From: a bacterium
Lineage (GTDB): Bacteria; Electryoneota; Electryoneia; Electryoneales; Electryoneaceae
Length of the DNA: 64,000 nucleotides
Assembly: GCA_963669175.1 (NCBI GenBank)
Contig: OY769902.1
Span: forward strand, 2,464,001-2,528,000
Direction of reading: 5' to 3'
The position numbers were made by a program, and so were the translations under genes. Shown piece by piece: positions 39,015-47,778 of this stretch (positions are counted from its first letter, which is position 1; each line of letters starts with the position of its first letter). The notes beneath the pieces are model-generated. The model was not told the origin of the DNA. It did no database searches and worked only from the letters and a program-made list of their open reading frames with translations.

Positions 39015-39021
39015 GATCTCT

Positions 39022-39175
39022 GGTTGAATTTACAGGATGATAAGGATGAAAAGGATAGCAAGGATAACAGAATAATTTTTACGATTATACATTACGAAAA
39101 TGAAAGGATGTTATCCTTAGAATTTGTTTTATCCTGTTTAATCCTTCCTATCCTGTTCATCCTGTGAATTCAACC
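39022..39175. repeat. CAGGAT-family inverted-repeat element
   Basis: GGTTGAATTTACAGGATGA...TCATCCTGTGAATTCAACC, with internal 9-bp AGGAT/ATCCT sub-repeats. Confidence 0.8.
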
Positions 39176-39186
39176 TGTTGCGAGCA

Positions 39187-40401
39187 TCACGTTCTGAACA
39201 GGACATTTTCCTTCTTGAAAGTCCGCACGGTCAGCATGATTCCCACTGCTGCCCAGACCGTAGACGACAGAAGTGTATTCAGGATCATGGTCATGTCCGG
39301 GTTGCTCTCGATGATGTTCTTCATCGCCAGTGAAACATTCAGCACCGGAATCCAGGCTTCCTGGGCAGACATCTCCTTGCCGGGCGCCATGGACATCATG
39401 GCTGGGATGAAGATCAGCATCATCAGGGGGGAGAGGTAGGATTGCGCCTCACGCATGGACTTGGCGTAAATCGAGATTGTCATGAGCAGGGAAGAGAGGA
39501 ATGCCGTCAATGGAATCATCAGCAACAGGATCAGCAGGATACTGGTCATATCCAGCGAGAACGTGATGCCTTCCGGGATTTCCGAGGAAATGAGCATATC
39601 CATGCCGTAAGCCAGGGATATGGTCAGCGAGAAAATTGCGATCACAACGGTAATCAGGGAAACTGTCATGATGGTAAAGAACTTCCCGAGAACAATTTCC
39701 AGCCGTGATGCCGGGCTTACCAGCAATGTTTCCAGCGTGGACCGTTCCTTTTCACCCGCAGTAAGGTCCATGGCTGCATACATACCGCCGGTCAGAGTCA
39801 GCAGGATAATCATGTAGGGCATGAGTATTCCAAGCAGCCTGCCGGACATTTCTTTATCCGAAGCGGTGTTAATAATGGACCACTGGAAGGGCTCGAGTAT
39901 GGTTTGCGGCGCGCCGATGGCGTCCAGCTTCTGCTTGGACATCTCCTGCCGGATCAGCTCCAGAGCGTCTTCAACCCGTTCCCTGGCGATTAATGCCTGG
40001 TCATCACTTTTGTTTACGTAAAGTTTCAGACGGTCGCTGGTCGATTCAAGTATACCGACCGGACGTTCCGGCAGAATCAGCAATACCTGCAACGCGCCAT
40101 CTGCCAGCAGCATATGCGCGGCATCTTCCTGGGCCGGGTTAAAATCCTGGACCGTGGTATTGGGCGCAAGCATTTGCAGCTTCTGAACCAAAGCGGGTGA
40201 ATAGTTACCGTTGATGACACCGACTGTGTAGGTCCGCGATTCCAGGTCTTCCATGCTCTTGGTCATCACCAGACCCATGACCAGGTACACCAGTGGAATG
40301 GTAACCAGTGGCGCTACGATCATGGACAGCAGGGTGCGACGGTCACGCAGAATATCCAGAATCTCTTTTTTGTAGATTAAGACAAGGTTGGCAAACTTCA
40401 T
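39187..40401 (-). CDS. ABC-2 permease, NatB (Na+ export)-like
   Basis: KKEILDILRDRRTL, AMDLTAGEKERSTLETLLVSP.SR.EIVLGKF and AKSMREAQSY. Confidence 0.88.
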   Translation of the reverse strand: MKFANLVLIYKKEILDILRDRRTLLSMIVAPLVTIPLVYLVMGLVMTKSMEDLESRTYTVGVINGNYSPALVQKLQMLAPNTTVQDFNPAQEDAAHMLLADGALQVLLILPERPVGILESTSDRLKLYVNKSDDQALIARERVEDALELIRQEMSKQKLDAIGAPQTILEPFQWSIINTASDKEMSGRLLGILMPYMIILLTLTGGMYAAMDLTAGEKERSTLETLLVSPASRLEIVLGKFFTIMTVSLITVVIAIFSLTISLAYGMDMLISSEIPEGITFSLDMTSILLILLLMIPLTAFLSSLLMTISIYAKSMREAQSYLSPLMMLIFIPAMMSMAPGKEMSAQEAWIPVLNVSLAMKNIIESNPDMTMILNTLLSSTVWAAVGIMLTVRTFKKENVLFRT

Positions 40402-40406
40402 CAGGT

Positions 40407-41819
40407 CTATTTCCCGTTCTGTCCGTTTCCGTTGTAATGCTCTTCCAGCGCTTTTTCACGCTTTTTGGGATTGATCCGGCTTTCCAGTTCGTTGATTATA
40501 TCTTCCAGTGTTTCAATCCCGGCCGCACGACGTGAGGCTTCGCTACGTTTCCGCATCCATTTCTTCAGCCATATCCATGTCTTTTCACCCGGCCATTCCC
40601 ATTCAGTTCCCGACGCGCCGGCAAGGACATCGTCCACTTCCTGCAATGAGATAGTCGCCGGATCTCGCGACAAGAGAATCGTCATCTCATTATCGCCGGC
40701 CCTTTGGATCAAATGACCACAACGCAGTTTTTCCGCGATTTCTTCTGCAACTTTCGGAGGAACACTGAACCGTGCGCTCCATTCGCCCAGCATCACATCA
40801 CGCCTGATACCACGAAAAGCGGAGGTCGCTTCGGTCAGCATAAGATAAGCCAGCGCGTCATGCTGGTTCCGTGAGAAAGTATAGTTCTTTCTCTTGGTGA
40901 GCAGGAGGGAGTAATGCTGTGTAACGAAACTGATCTCGACACCAATGAGCAGCACTTGCCAGGCGAGATTGATCCAGATCAGGATCAGGGGAAGCACTGC
41001 CATGGAACCGTAGATGACGTCGTACTGAACCAGACGTCCGGTATAGGCAATGAACCCCTGCTTCACGGTTTCGTATAACACACCGGCTACAATAGCGCCG
41101 AGCAGAGCTGCCCGGTTTCGGACAGAGGTCTTCGGCAGAAACCGGTATAACAGGAAGAAGCTCAATGTGACCAGCAGAAACGGTACCAACTGGTTTAATA
41201 ATGACTGGGCAAAGGTTATTCGCTCTACTGCCTGGTGAACCATGGGTAAGGCGCGTATATAAGTTGAAACGGCAAAGGAACCGACGATAAAAATTGGAAT
41301 GATTGTAACCAGTCCCCAGTAAACCGGCAGACGTTTTAATCCACCAGTTTTGGCGTTGATGCCCCAAATGCTGTTAAAGGTGGATTCAATCCCGGAGAAG
41401 ATGGCATAGACAGCCACAACCAGCATGACCACACCAATCCCGCCGAGGGTAGCGCTGCCTGCGTTGTCGATGACCTGTTCAATCGTTTCAACAACCTTCG
41501 GGCCACTGCCCGGGGCGAGGGTCGCCAGAATGAACGGGCGAATTGATTCATCGAACCACTTGGACCCGCCAAAAAGTTTGAAAACACTGAAGGAAATGAC
41601 CAGCAGCGGGATTAACGATAACAGGGTAGCGTAAGTCAGCCCCATGCTGCGTAGCATCAGACGGTCGGCGATGAACTCGCGTGCCGTTATCACAATAAAA
41701 CGGACCACACGAATGAGTACTCGTGAGAACGGTGACGAAACATTATCGTGGGTTTCGTCAAAGATGTTGATCGAGCGTAACGCTCCAACTTTGTCTTTTA
41801 GCAGCATGGACACACTCAT
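40407..41819 (-). CDS. YihY/BrkB family membrane protein with a C-terminal HTH-like extension
   Basis: LTYATLLSLIP, IESTFNSIW, LLYRFLP and Y..IYGS.A.LP..L.WI...W..LL.G.EI, plus a ~150 aa cytoplasmic tail. Confidence 0.87.
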   Translation of the reverse strand: MSVSMLLKDKVGALRSINIFDETHDNVSSPFSRVLIRVVRFIVITAREFIADRLMLRSMGLTYATLLSLIPLLVISFSVFKLFGGSKWFDESIRPFILATLAPGSGPKVVETIEQVIDNAGSATLGGIGVVMLVVAVYAIFSGIESTFNSIWGINAKTGGLKRLPVYWGLVTIIPIFIVGSFAVSTYIRALPMVHQAVERITFAQSLLNQLVPFLLVTLSFFLLYRFLPKTSVRNRAALLGAIVAGVLYETVKQGFIAYTGRLVQYDVIYGSMAVLPLILIWINLAWQVLLIGVEISFVTQHYSLLLTKRKNYTFSRNQHDALAYLMLTEATSAFRGIRRDVMLGEWSARFSVPPKVAEEIAEKLRCGHLIQRAGDNEMTILLSRDPATISLQEVDDVLAGASGTEWEWPGEKTWIWLKKWMRKRSEASRRAAGIETLEDIINELESRINPKKREKALEEHYNGNGQNGK

Positions 41820-41858
41820 ACCGGAACATGCACTGTTAAGGCGTCTGATTGCAAGGGA

Positions 41859-43127
41859 TCAGGCCGATTTATCCACACGGTCGAACATGATCACCGCCGA
41901 CTCCCGAGCATGAGCGATAATCTCCTCTTCGCCTTCGATTTCGCGATGCCGCATAAGCAACGCGCCATCACAAACAACACTGTCCACCACAGAACCACCG
42001 GCAGCGTATACGAGCTGGCTGGTCAGGTTGTGAAGCGGCACCATCTCGGGACGGTTCTGGTCAATCAGGATGAAGTCCGCAGCAGCGCCAACCTTGATCT
42101 CATGGTTGTTCAAGCCGAAGAACTCGGACGATGCTTCAGTAGCCATGCGAATGGCTTCTGTTGCGGGCAGTGCGGTGGGATCGACATCAACCTGCTTTTG
42201 CAGTAGCGCCGCGACCTTCATGGTCTCGAACATGTCCAGGTTATTGTTTGAACCTGCCCCGTCCGTAGCCAATGCCATCCGGGCTCCGGCTTTTTGCAGT
42301 CGGGCATGGGGGAATGCGCCACCGACGGCCAGTTTCATGTTGCTGATCGGGTTGTGGGCGCAAAGGACACGGTTCGCCGCCAGTAACTCAACATCCTCAT
42401 CGGTCAGGTTTACCGTATGGGCCGCGACCATCCGTTCCGACAGGCAACCCAGGGTCTGGAGATATACGACCGGAGTCAGCCCATGTTTCGCCTGGCAGTC
42501 GCTGACTTCCTGTGTTGTTTCAGACAGGTGGATGTGCAGCGGAATGTTCTTATCTGCCGTAAACTCAGCCGCCCAGCGAAGTGAATCACCTGAAACCGTA
42601 TAAATGGCATGCGGCGCAACCGCAAACTGAATACGGTTTGAGTATTGCGAGGATTCCTCGTAAAGACGTTGGTTCAGTTCGCGTTGTTTTTTCGCCTGTT
42701 CCGGGTTGTCCATGTCGAGAAATACAGCAGACAGGCAGGCTTTCATGCCCATTTCGTCAACGGCCTTTGCCACTGCACGCAGATCCCAGTACATATCGTT
42801 AAAGAATACGGTACCTGAACGGATCATCTCGAGCATGGCCAGTTTTGTGCCCCAATAAATCTCTTCCGCCTGAATCCTGGTTTCGTAGGGCCAGACACGA
42901 TTCTGTAACCATTCCATAAGGGGAAGGTCATCTCCGTTGCCACGAAACAACGTCATGGCGGCGTGGGTGTGAGCGTTGTTCATGGGCGGGTGGGCGATCA
43001 TTCCATGACCGTCAAAAACCTCATCTGCGGCCAGCTCTTCACCAATCGCCGTAATTTTTCCGTCATGGCAGAAGATGCTAGTCTTCTTCCCATCTAACAG
43101 TATGTTATCAACACGTAATGTCGGCAT
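41859..43127 (-). CDS. Amidohydrolase, 5'-methylthioadenosine/S-adenosylhomocysteine deaminase-like
   Basis: NAHTH, LMEWL, PHAIYT, HIHLSET, HNPISNMKL and TDGAGSNNNLDMF. Confidence 0.88.
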   Translation of the reverse strand: MPTLRVDNILLDGKKTSIFCHDGKITAIGEELAADEVFDGHGMIAHPPMNNAHTHAAMTLFRGNGDDLPLMEWLQNRVWPYETRIQAEEIYWGTKLAMLEMIRSGTVFFNDMYWDLRAVAKAVDEMGMKACLSAVFLDMDNPEQAKKQRELNQRLYEESSQYSNRIQFAVAPHAIYTVSGDSLRWAAEFTADKNIPLHIHLSETTQEVSDCQAKHGLTPVVYLQTLGCLSERMVAAHTVNLTDEDVELLAANRVLCAHNPISNMKLAVGGAFPHARLQKAGARMALATDGAGSNNNLDMFETMKVAALLQKQVDVDPTALPATEAIRMATEASSEFFGLNNHEIKVGAAADFILIDQNRPEMVPLHNLTSQLVYAAGGSVVDSVVCDGALLMRHREIEGEEEIIAHARESAVIMFDRVDKSA

Positions 43128-43325
43128 GGTTGTTTTCCCGGTACGTATCGTTGGTTGTGTAAACTGGAGACGATTCAGGATAGCTGTTGTCTTTTGTTCA
43201 ATCGGACTGCTGCGCACCTTGAATGGTCAATTCCCAAATATCCCGAATATAGGCCGAAGAGAAGGATAGAAAAAGGAGTAGCTCCTGATCGGATAAGGTT
43301 ATGTTCGAAAGCGGTTTCAGTTTAT

Positions 43326-43409
43326 CGCTGAGATACTGCCTTTTACCTCTATGATACTGCCTTTTGCCGCTGAGGTTATTGCCCTATACTGCTGAACCAT
43401 TGCCTTTTG
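43326..43409. repeat. Degenerate 21-22 bp tandem repeat, about 4 copies
   Basis: CGCTGAGATACTGCCTTTTAC / CTCTATGATACTGCCTTTTGC / CGCTGAGGTTATTGCCCTATAC / TGCTGAACCATTGCCTTTTG. Confidence 0.65.
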
Positions 43410-43445
43410 ATGTCATCCCCGAGCATGACCGGGGATCGCACTGAC

Positions 43446-43765
43446 GCGAAAAATGGGACTGTTACCTTTTCATGTCTTCGAATACAGGACACTCAAACCA
43501 TTATTAATGAAAAGGTAACTGTACCAGATTTTTCGCATGTATTCCAATTGATGCCAAGACTGGGTGGCCCGAGCCGCAAGTGATTCAATTCCCACTTCAT
43601 CGTTGTCAGTGAGTATTCCACTGATCCCAAGTTGGAAAATGTCGGTACAGCTACCTTTTCCGCTTATTCCTGAGGCCGCGGTTATGTATTACTCACAGAC
43701 AGCATGCGTAATTCACAATTGTCTACTTCTATACAAGCGGAAAAGAGTAGCAGTCCCCATTTTCC
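43446..43765. repeat. Composite inverted-repeat element, copy 3 (A 43446-43536 + B 43634-43765)
   Basis: Same arms as copies 1 and 2; preceded by the TGTCATCCCCG..CGGGGATC hairpin at 43411-43437. Confidence 0.88.
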
Positions 43766-43781
43766 GCCAGGAAGCGCGTCT

Positions 43782-46700
43782 TTACTTCAAATACACCATC
43801 CGTTGCGTGTATATCCCGTGTCCTTCCACCCTCATCTGGATGAAATAGATGCCGCTGGCGATGTTGCTTTCCGTTGTGAACAGCACATCGTGATAGCCGG
43901 ATGTCACCTGCCGGTTGATCAGCGTGGTGACCTCACGTCCCAGGATATCATAGACAACCATGCGTACATCCGCTGTCTCGGGCAGATAATAGGGGATACG
44001 AGTGACCGAGTTGAACGGATTCGGCCAGGGAGTATTCAGGATACAGGTTTGAGGAAGTGATGTTGTATTCTTTATCTCTTCAACCGGAGTATGGTGTCTG
44101 ACATGAAGCGAGATTTCAGTTTCCATTTCCAGGGTGTTGTGTTCCAACAGTACTTTGCCCCAGGAGTTGCGTAAATCAAAGCAGTAGAAGGTGATCGGAA
44201 CAGTAGCGGATTCATCCGGTGCAAGGCTTAGGTGACTGGTTCCCAGGCTTGCCCAGGGAAACCACACACCCAGGTTCCAGTATTGCAAACGACACGGTAT
44301 GGAATCCGTTTCGCTTTGAAGCAAACCTGCAAGGATGAATTGCATTGGAAAGTCATCATGGCGTTGTTCAATCACAGTCAGGTCAATAACATTGAATTCA
44401 TCATCCACTTCCGGTAGGAGTCCCAAATCGATGATGTCATGTGTAAACGGACTGTACTTGTAAAGTCTGTTACTGACACTATCCGTTGTGGAACCCACCA
44501 TATAAAGCGGGTACCCGTCAGGATCGCCCCAAAGCCAGGCAAGGCCGTCTATGTACAGATCGAGATCATGCTGCGTCAGGATTGTTCCAGTATCATCAAA
44601 TCGAACAAGTATGCCGTTCTCCTGAATTCCCCAGAACAAGTCTCGACCGCCCCTGTAGCCGGGAGAATCAATTTCGCAGACTGCGCGAAGTGGTGTCTCC
44701 AGGTTTATTTCGGTTGTACGGCTATAATCATACAAGTACACACCGAACAATCCAAAGGAGGTCAATGCATACGAATAGCATCCATTGTTTGTCATATCCT
44801 TTCCGCCCAGCGGCCAGGTTTGATAGTCGGGAAGCTCAAACATGCGACCTGCTATATTGATGTAATCCGGTCCATTTTCATATCCCATGGCAAAATTAGA
44901 GATATAGGATCGGCTGCAATCGATACCGCGAATAACCGCTGAATCAAGTACAACGTCTTCCTGGTACAATACTTCCAGAAAATCAAACGTGTCATTTGCG
45001 ACTGAGGAGATTGAAAGTGCTACTTCAAGTTGTGAAGAACCCGGATTTGAGATTTCCAGATTCTCGATTGTCTCCTCAGGATAGTAGTCATAGAAATGAG
45101 CTTCAAGACTTTCCGGTTCAACTTCAATCAAAGCCCCTGCGATTTCCGCATTGGCATTGGCTGTCTGCCCTTCAGAAATATTGATATTATTGACAATTAC
45201 TTCCGGCAGGGGGGGGATTATAAAACGGACAGAATAGCCGCCGGTTTGCGCTTCGAAAGAGTAGTGTCCATCGGCATCGGTATAGGCATGACGTCTGGGG
45301 CGCTGAACCATCTCCACCCGTACACCTTCCATACCTTCGCCCGTGTTCACGTCAATAACGGTACCACTCAGGGTTCCCATGGGAACCGGGATCGCGTCCA
45401 GCGCAGCGATGACATCAATCAACCCCGCGCCGAACGTGTTGTCTTTGCCCTCGTCGCCAAGGTCAACCGCGTAGGTTTCAAGCAGAGAATCCAGCTCAAC
45501 CGGGGTAAGGTCCGGGTTCTTGGACAACAACAGGGCGCAGGCTCCAGCGCCATGCGGGCAGGCCATGGAGGTCATGCCGAAAGTGGTATATCCCTGGTCA
45601 TTGTTTCGCGCAATGGTTCTGCCGCTGGATGCCGGCGCTCCGAGGTCAGGTTTGATCAGGCCGTCATGTACATCGTCCAGCAGATAATCAAAAAACGGAT
45701 CAACTGTCTGCCAGGTAACGGGACCACGGCTTGAAGCTGCCAGAACCTCGTTGCTTTGCGTGGTGCCGCCTATGGTAATCAGGCCGCTTCGCGTACCCTG
45801 TTCAGTCTCTGAGGGATGACGCCAGGGTGACGGTACATCACCGGGAACCGAGATGGAACCCGGCGGATCAATGTCACTCCTGTTGCCGGCTGATTTCACG
45901 CTGATAATCCCGCCTGCGAGAAGTGTGTTGTAATTATTTCGCCAGACAGGACGATCCTCCGGGTTAGGATTCCCCCAGCCAAGTGACATACTGGAAACAT
46001 CAACGCCGTGCTGAAGCTCAAAATCCTGCGCCAGCCATGTATCTGTCACGACACCGGAACCGAGATTGCTGCGAACACGCAGGACCATCAATGTCGCTCC
46101 CGGGGCAACGCCTGTCGTATCGCCCGCGCTGCCATCACCACAAAGAATCCCTGCCGCTGAGCTTCCATGACCATCGGTGTCGGTAGGGTCATTGTCGTCA
46201 TCGAAAAAATCCCAGCCGTGGCACGGGTATTCTTCGCCGCCGTCCCAAAGATGGTTAATCATATCATCGTGATCCCAGTTGACACCGGTATCGATGATCG
46301 CAACCAGGATTCTTGCACCGGTATAGCCGTCACGCCGCGCTTCAACCGCGCCAATACGTTCAAGGTTCCAGCTTGGTTCATCCAGTTCATCCAGATCGTC
46401 GCAGACAACCGGTTCCTCAACCGGGTAAGTGCGCAGAGCGTTGTCGTTGACCTGGTACACATCTTCACGTTGTGCGATCTGTTGAAGGACTTCAGGATCG
46501 GCACGAAGTGCAATCCCATTGCAGATGCGGATACTCTCAATCTCCGCGACACGCCCCGCTGCTTCCATGTCTCCCAGGTAAAAAAGCAGGTCCGCCTGGC
46601 TCCGCCTGGCCAGCTTATCAAGCTCATGCCAGACAATAGCGGAACGGTCGTTGCGGGTGAGGTGGTTCACGAGAGATGACAGGTATTCCGGATCAGGACG

Positions 46701-46853
46701 TTCACGCATCAGGATATAGGCAGGGACCAGCTCTTCAGGTTGCGCTGTTTGAAGCGCCCGTTGCAGAGCAGGGCTGATACTTCCTGCGCAAGCCGAAGAT
46801 ACTGTAATGAAGATGAGTATCAGCGTAATAAAGGTTGTCGAAAGACGTGCCAT
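43782..46853 (-). CDS. S8 subtilisin-like serine protease with a carboxypeptidase-regulatory-like domain and a T9SS-type C-terminal domain
   Basis: Signal peptide; triad IIDTG, GHGS..AG and GMTSMACPH; KPDL; GTLSGTV..TDADGHY; C-terminal PNPFN..YDILGREV..SGIYF..YLK. Confidence 0.92.
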   Translation of the reverse strand: MARLSTTFITLILIFITVSSACAGSISPALQRALQTAQPEELVPAYILMRERPDPEYLSSLVNHLTRNDRSAIVWHELDKLARRSQADLLFYLGDMEAAGRVAEIESIRICNGIALRADPEVLQQIAQREDVYQVNDNALRTYPVEEPVVCDDLDELDEPSWNLERIGAVEARRDGYTGARILVAIIDTGVNWDHDDMINHLWDGGEEYPCHGWDFFDDDNDPTDTDGHGSSAAGILCGDGSAGDTTGVAPGATLMVLRVRSNLGSGVVTDTWLAQDFELQHGVDVSSMSLGWGNPNPEDRPVWRNNYNTLLAGGIISVKSAGNRSDIDPPGSISVPGDVPSPWRHPSETEQGTRSGLITIGGTTQSNEVLAASSRGPVTWQTVDPFFDYLLDDVHDGLIKPDLGAPASSGRTIARNNDQGYTTFGMTSMACPHGAGACALLLSKNPDLTPVELDSLLETYAVDLGDEGKDNTFGAGLIDVIAALDAIPVPMGTLSGTVIDVNTGEGMEGVRVEMVQRPRRHAYTDADGHYSFEAQTGGYSVRFIIPPLPEVIVNNINISEGQTANANAEIAGALIEVEPESLEAHFYDYYPEETIENLEISNPGSSQLEVALSISSVANDTFDFLEVLYQEDVVLDSAVIRGIDCSRSYISNFAMGYENGPDYINIAGRMFELPDYQTWPLGGKDMTNNGCYSYALTSFGLFGVYLYDYSRTTEINLETPLRAVCEIDSPGYRGGRDLFWGIQENGILVRFDDTGTILTQHDLDLYIDGLAWLWGDPDGYPLYMVGSTTDSVSNRLYKYSPFTHDIIDLGLLPEVDDEFNVIDLTVIEQRHDDFPMQFILAGLLQSETDSIPCRLQYWNLGVWFPWASLGTSHLSLAPDESATVPITFYCFDLRNSWGKVLLEHNTLEMETEISLHVRHHTPVEEIKNTTSLPQTCILNTPWPNPFNSVTRIPYYLPETADVRMVVYDILGREVTTLINRQVTSGYHDVLFTTESNIASGIYFIQMRVEGHGIYTQRMVYLK

Positions 46854-47026
46854 GAGTCCCTCCACTCCTGAACAGTCAGACAAAGCATGTGACCCTGATT
46901 TTCGGCAGTCAAGGAAAGCGCGTATAGAAAGTAGCGCCTGGATCAGGCATTTGACGGCAGAGATAACCTGTTACCAGTAAAATAGCATAAAGGAAAGGGG
47001 GAGGGGCAAGTCGGACAGGGAGCGAA

Positions 47027-47572
47027 TTACAATCCGACAATCTTCATGAGGTGCGGAAAGACACGCACGATTTCCAAATCAATGATATCGGCAATTTCAC
47101 GGAAAGTACGATCACTCCCGATGGTCGGGTCCGGAATATCGCCGAGCGGGTTGGGATCACCATTGCGTTTAAAGTCGGTCAGACGGAAAACACGTCCGCG
47201 GGTTCTTGGAAAACGCTCCATGACCCTTTCAGTGTGTCGGTTTTCCATGGTAAGGATGAGATCAGCCTGACGTTCCATCTTGATGTTGAATGGCACGGCA
47301 ACGAATCCCCGGATATCCAACGCTCGTTCCCAGGCGACCCTGTTGATCTCAGGCAGCGGAGTAGACCCTTTCATGGTATGAATGCCTGCGCCAAGAATCT
47401 GGAAGGGGATGGTATCTTTCCGGGGTGAATTTCCGTTAAAAAACCACTCGTCCAGTAGCAGCGACTCGAGCCGGGAAACAGCATAGGGACTGCGTGCACG
47501 GTTGGCCGTACAAACGATGACAATCCTGAAGGGGCGATGGCGACGAACTACTTTTGAAAAGAAATTGACCAT
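47027..47572 (-). CDS. Low-molecular-weight protein tyrosine/arginine phosphatase family
   Basis: P-loop VCTANRARSP, ADLILTME..H and DIPDP. Confidence 0.88.
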   Translation of the reverse strand: MVNFFSKVVRRHRPFRIVIVCTANRARSPYAVSRLESLLLDEWFFNGNSPRKDTIPFQILGAGIHTMKGSTPLPEINRVAWERALDIRGFVAVPFNIKMERQADLILTMENRHTERVMERFPRTRGRVFRLTDFKRNGDPNPLGDIPDPTIGSDRTFREIADIIDLEIVRVFPHLMKIVGL

Positions 47573-47778
47573 TTATGTCTTGTATGTATCTTACGTAAGC
47601 GAAACCCATAATAAGGAAAAAGGACGAAGAATTCTAGATTTACAGTTGAGCGAGGCTCTTGAAGAACCTGCCATGAGCCACTATACTCTCTTGTATCCTA
47701 TTTGCTTGCATCCTATTTTGCCGTCTATCCTCAGTTGATTCCATGTGAAAAGATACCATACCGATCAACATACGCAAG

